A stretch of 64,000 nucleotides of DNA from NCBI GenBank assembly GCA_973851085.1, contig OZ316776.1:7936001-8000000 (forward strand), read 5' to 3'. Under the pieces are notes generated by a model, which was not told the DNA's origin, did no database searches, and saw only the letters and a program-made list of their open reading frames with translations. This stretch comes from Ptychomitrium polyphyllum. Lineage: Eukaryota. The translations under genes and the position numbers were made by a program. Positions 59,656-64,000 of this stretch are shown in pieces (position 1 is the stretch's first letter; each line of letters starts with the position of its first letter).

Positions 59656-61848
59656 GAAGTTTGCAACACAAATTGCAATAAAAATACCATTATATTAAGA
59701 AAAAATTCCATAATATTTTGAATATATAATATGCTAATTATTGTCATTGTCATTGTTAAAATTAAAATAAAACATAACTTGCCAACATTAGTCATCTTCA
59801 CCTAAAATAAAATTAACCATCAAGTCTTCTTAATTGCATTTATTTAAAAACTCCTAATTTCTACAATATATTTTATTTTAAATTAATATATATAATGTAT
59901 TTTTTTGTACACATAGTACATTTTAATAAATGAGTTATAAATCATAATGTGACTTATAATTAGATAAATGTTTTCTATTTTTAAAAAAAAATTTAAAAAA
60001 AAATTGTTTTATTATGACAATAACATGACTTCTGGATATAATAATTTTTTTTAAATATTCATAATTGATTATATATATATTTTTTCATTATACATGCATA
60101 AATCATTTTAATGTTTCTTCCAAAATTTGCAAGGAATTTTATTAATTGACTTCTTAGTATAGAACAATATATTATTAAGCTCATTTGATTATCTTTATTT
60201 AAATTTAAACCATTTTATTTATTGGTTTTTTTTTCAAGGTTATAATTAAGTATAATTTTTATATATTCTTTATAGCATATGATTTGATTTAGTATTAAAA
60301 TTTCAAAAGAAAATGATTAAATATTTTTCATGGTTTATGAAAAATAGTCACCATTAATTAGACTCTACTTTGATACAATGAAATTCTAAAAACATGTTAA
60401 ATGTTTATGTATAATGGAAAATTTTAAACTATTAAAAAAACATTACAATGGATTTAAAGAAGTCTATAAACAAAATATAGATAGTATTAAAAGAATTTCA
60501 TTTTTCTAACATGGGTATAAATTACAATGCCCAATTATAATGGAAGAATCATCTATTTACATATTATTAAAAAAAAACTTTTTATTATAATTAATAGTTA
60601 TTAAATTTGTAGTTCCAATTAGACATTCAAAAATATTTTATAACTATTAGAAAATTGAAAGCAAAATGAAAACTATACTTAATAAATTGCAATTATTTAG
60701 TAAGATTTAATTAATACAAAGCAAAGATAATTTGATGGCCTATATGTTTTTTTAATGGTAAGATTTATAAAATTCAAAATATATGACATATTTATTTACC
60801 TTTATTATATTCATTTTGACTAAAGCCATATTTAATTCATAATAAATGAATAACATTCATTTTTCATGTTCATGCACAACACATTAGATTACAGTAGTTT
60901 CTTCCAATTAAAAAGTATATTTTGTTTATTTATAAATTTAAAGTTTATGATTGATCTTTTTATTTCCAAAATCCTTAAAATATCTTTCTTATTATATATT
61001 CTCAAAAGATATCTTGCATATTAAAGTCACACAAAATTATTAGAGATTTTACTACCATAAATGACTATAAAACATGTAATGAATTTGAGATGTTTGTACA
61101 AATTGGCAATTAAGTTGTAGATAGAACTATTATAAATAAGACTTTTTATTACAATCTAGTAATAAAACTGTAGCAATTTTTTGAAGAAATAAACCATCAT
61201 CAAATTATAATTTTAAGAAATGAATCATAATACAATGCTTTATTTGTAAAAAGAATTAATGTATAGAAATACTTCTCATATTTTTGTATCTTATTTATAT
61301 TAGATTTTTATTATAATCTTTATACAATTCAAATGTCATTCATCTTCTTTTCTTTTAAACAAATTTGTATTCTCAAAATCAAATTCTTGATTCATAATTT
61401 CAATATACAATTCTTTATAAATTTCTATTATTTGAATTTCTAGCACATCAATGATCACAATGTAGTGTCTCAAGTACTGAATCACTAAAGGTTAATTTTT
61501 AAAGCACCAAAAGCATAAATTATAATTGATTTATGAATTTCTTCATAATCCATTTGCTTCCAAATATGACTTCATTCATTTGTCTTTAATTTTTCAAACA
61601 ATTTGTTTTATTCAATTTAACATTGTGATACGATCAATGTGATTGTATACAAACAAAAACTAATTATTCAAAGCACATAATTGTATTACTCACATTCTCA
61701 TATAAGAAAAAGAATGTCAAGATTATAAGTACAAATTCATTGATGTGTCTTATATTTTAGACATGAATAATCTTCTTCAAGGGACCTCTCTTCGAGAACT
61801 ATTTCTTTAGTGAAGTTACATGTCATTGAGGAAAATCTTCAGTAGTAA

Positions 61849-61891
61849 TTACATGTGGACACCAATTAAAAACTTACATGTGGACACCAAT
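61849..61891. repeat. 25-bp-period direct repeat
   Basis: TTACATGTGGACACCAAT occurs twice, 25 nt apart. Confidence 0.8.
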
Positions 61892-64000
61892 GAGAAAACA
61901 ACTGGATGTGGGAATAAAAGAATAAGTTTGATTCCATAGAAAAGAAATAAAGCACTGTGCTGTAATGGAGATGTGTCTCCTGAAGCCAAATGGGCTGCCC
62001 TTAGATTAGATGAATTCAAGATGATACCCTACCTCCGGATGATGGGGTTGCCAAGTCCGAAATGCCAAACCAGACGGCGAGCAGGAATACAGAATGACCT
62101 GCAAAGCTGTTGAACAGCAGAGCATGTGGGCAGCCACTTGAACAGATGCTTGGCTTTGGCCTGGGGCACAAGCAAGCTGAAGATCCTACCTGGTGCTGTA
62201 GGAGTCAAAGGAGGAGCTTTAGAACGTTGGAAACTTCGTCGTTCCACACAGATGCTGCACGGGTTCTTCCTCCGCTCTAGTCTTTGGTCAACACAGAATT
62301 TGCAAGTGAATGACCCCTGCGCCGTGCGCCACGCGCCACGCGCTTAGGGCCACTTTCCATGGGGAATAGACCCCTGCAATGACTGCCTCCATGAAACCGT
62401 GCTCAGGTTTGCAACCTACGCATCAAAGTGGAGCCCTCGTACCATTCTTAAACCTTTGTTAAGTTGGCCTTCCAAATACCTTTTTAAAGTCTAATCATAG
62501 AAATGTGTAATACTTTATCAATATTAGCACATGTTTATACAAACTTCTTATTTGTTGACATAGTTATTGTAGTAACATTTAGAATATTTGCATAATCAAA
62601 ATTAATATGCAAAACATTTTCACAAAATACTCTTAAGCACAAGGGCCTCCAGTACAATGGACTTATAATATTGTGATGATAAATCTTCATAACATTTCAA
62701 AAAAAAATTAAAATTCTAAGACTCTAGGTATGCTTCTTTATGGACCACTAACATGCTTCTATAATGACATGTACCTATCATATATAACTTTTCTTCTTTC
62801 AAATCTATTAGGTATATATTCAAAGAATTGGGTTGCATTTTTCCATTGTTCACTAATTATATATTGTAATCCTATTGAATATAATCCAAATAAACACAAT
62901 GATAAAGTATGGTGGATTACGTGATGTATAGAGTCATATAACAATGTGTTTTCCAAATTGCAAAAGATTGATCTATATAAATTATAAATTGGTAATTGTT
63001 TATAAATCTTTGTCATTGAAGTAAGTTTTGAAAGACTTTTGAACTACATTTATTAAGTAGATAATTATTTTAATTTATAAACATTTTTATTTTCATCCAA
63101 AATTAAATGATTTTGTAAAACATTATATTAAACTTAATTTCAATAAATTTCTTTTCATTTTTCATGGAAGTTCTCGCATTTTAAAATAAGTAAAAAACAA
63201 TAACACTGTGTTAGATGTTTGTTCTAGTATGTGGATGTTATTACAAGACATTAATAATTGGATTAAGATTTCAAATTAAATCTTCTTGCTAAACCAATTT
63301 TAATGTTTTCAGATTATCTGATATCATGTTTTCAGATTATGTTTTCAAATATCTGATATCATTAGTTTACATAAAAGATGTAAGAATCTTTATTGCAAAA
63401 TAACAACATTCACAAAACAAAATCAAACGCAGATTTCTAAAGCAACCACTTCCTTTTATGATTAGTAATCATGTGCAGCATCAACATGTTTTTTGAGGGC
63501 TATTACATAATAAAGATATACTAAAACTAAAAAGGACATGCATAACATATTTAATGATTTTTTTCTTAAATTATCTTTAGATCATTCTATATTATTTATA
63601 AATGTGTTTTGAAAATAATAGACTATGGTGTTTCAAACTTCACCTCAAAAAGAGAAAAAAGGCCTTATAATTGAATTCACATCAGTATAGGGCTGCTAAC
63701 AAACTTAAAAAATCATAATATTAATATTTAAAAATTATAAATATTTAAAATCATTTAAGTTTTTATTTACATTTAAAAGTTTAAATCAACTTTCCATTGT
63801 GATCCTTTTATATTATTTAGGTTTTATTTTAAAAGTAGACATTCATAAATGCCTAAGCTTTGAATTGATACGTTACACTACAAATGTTTTAGAAATTTTC
63901 AAAATAAATATTAAATGCATGGTTTTCATAGAATGTAGATTTGTTAGCAAATTATTGATTGCAAAATTTGTAAAACAATACCTTATTTCAATAAATTGAT

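Overview
Eukaryotic, intron-rich plant nuclear DNA, most likely a moss/bryophyte. That assignment is an inference from gene content, intron style, a type-D-like nsLTP and hAT remnants. It holds the last exon of a kinesin-13 gene and seven apparently intact spliced genes: SF3B3/SAP130 (-), sphingosine/long-chain-base kinase (+), BSU1-like Kelch-PP1 phosphatase (+), neprosin-domain protein (-), a divergent BT1-like mitochondrial carrier (-), a K+-dependent vacuolar H+-PPase (+) and a CDC25-like/ACR2 rhodanese (-). Two decayed genes were read by eye: an nsLTP with an in-frame TAG and a broken donor, and a degenerate receptor-kinase-like domain. AT-rich intergenic DNA (about 1.3-4.1, 34.7-47 and 58.4-64 kb) carries a hAT transposase remnant, a dispersed ~250-bp fold-back element family, tandem repeats and a 100-N gap. 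No rRNA, convincing tRNA or CRISPR was found, and I cannot claim a clearly new multi-gene system. The best leads are the carrier's altered substrate-contact residues, a long hairpin plus a TGACG cluster upstream of neprosin, and several unannotated spliced-looking minus-strand units. All family calls come from remembered motifs, with no database search.
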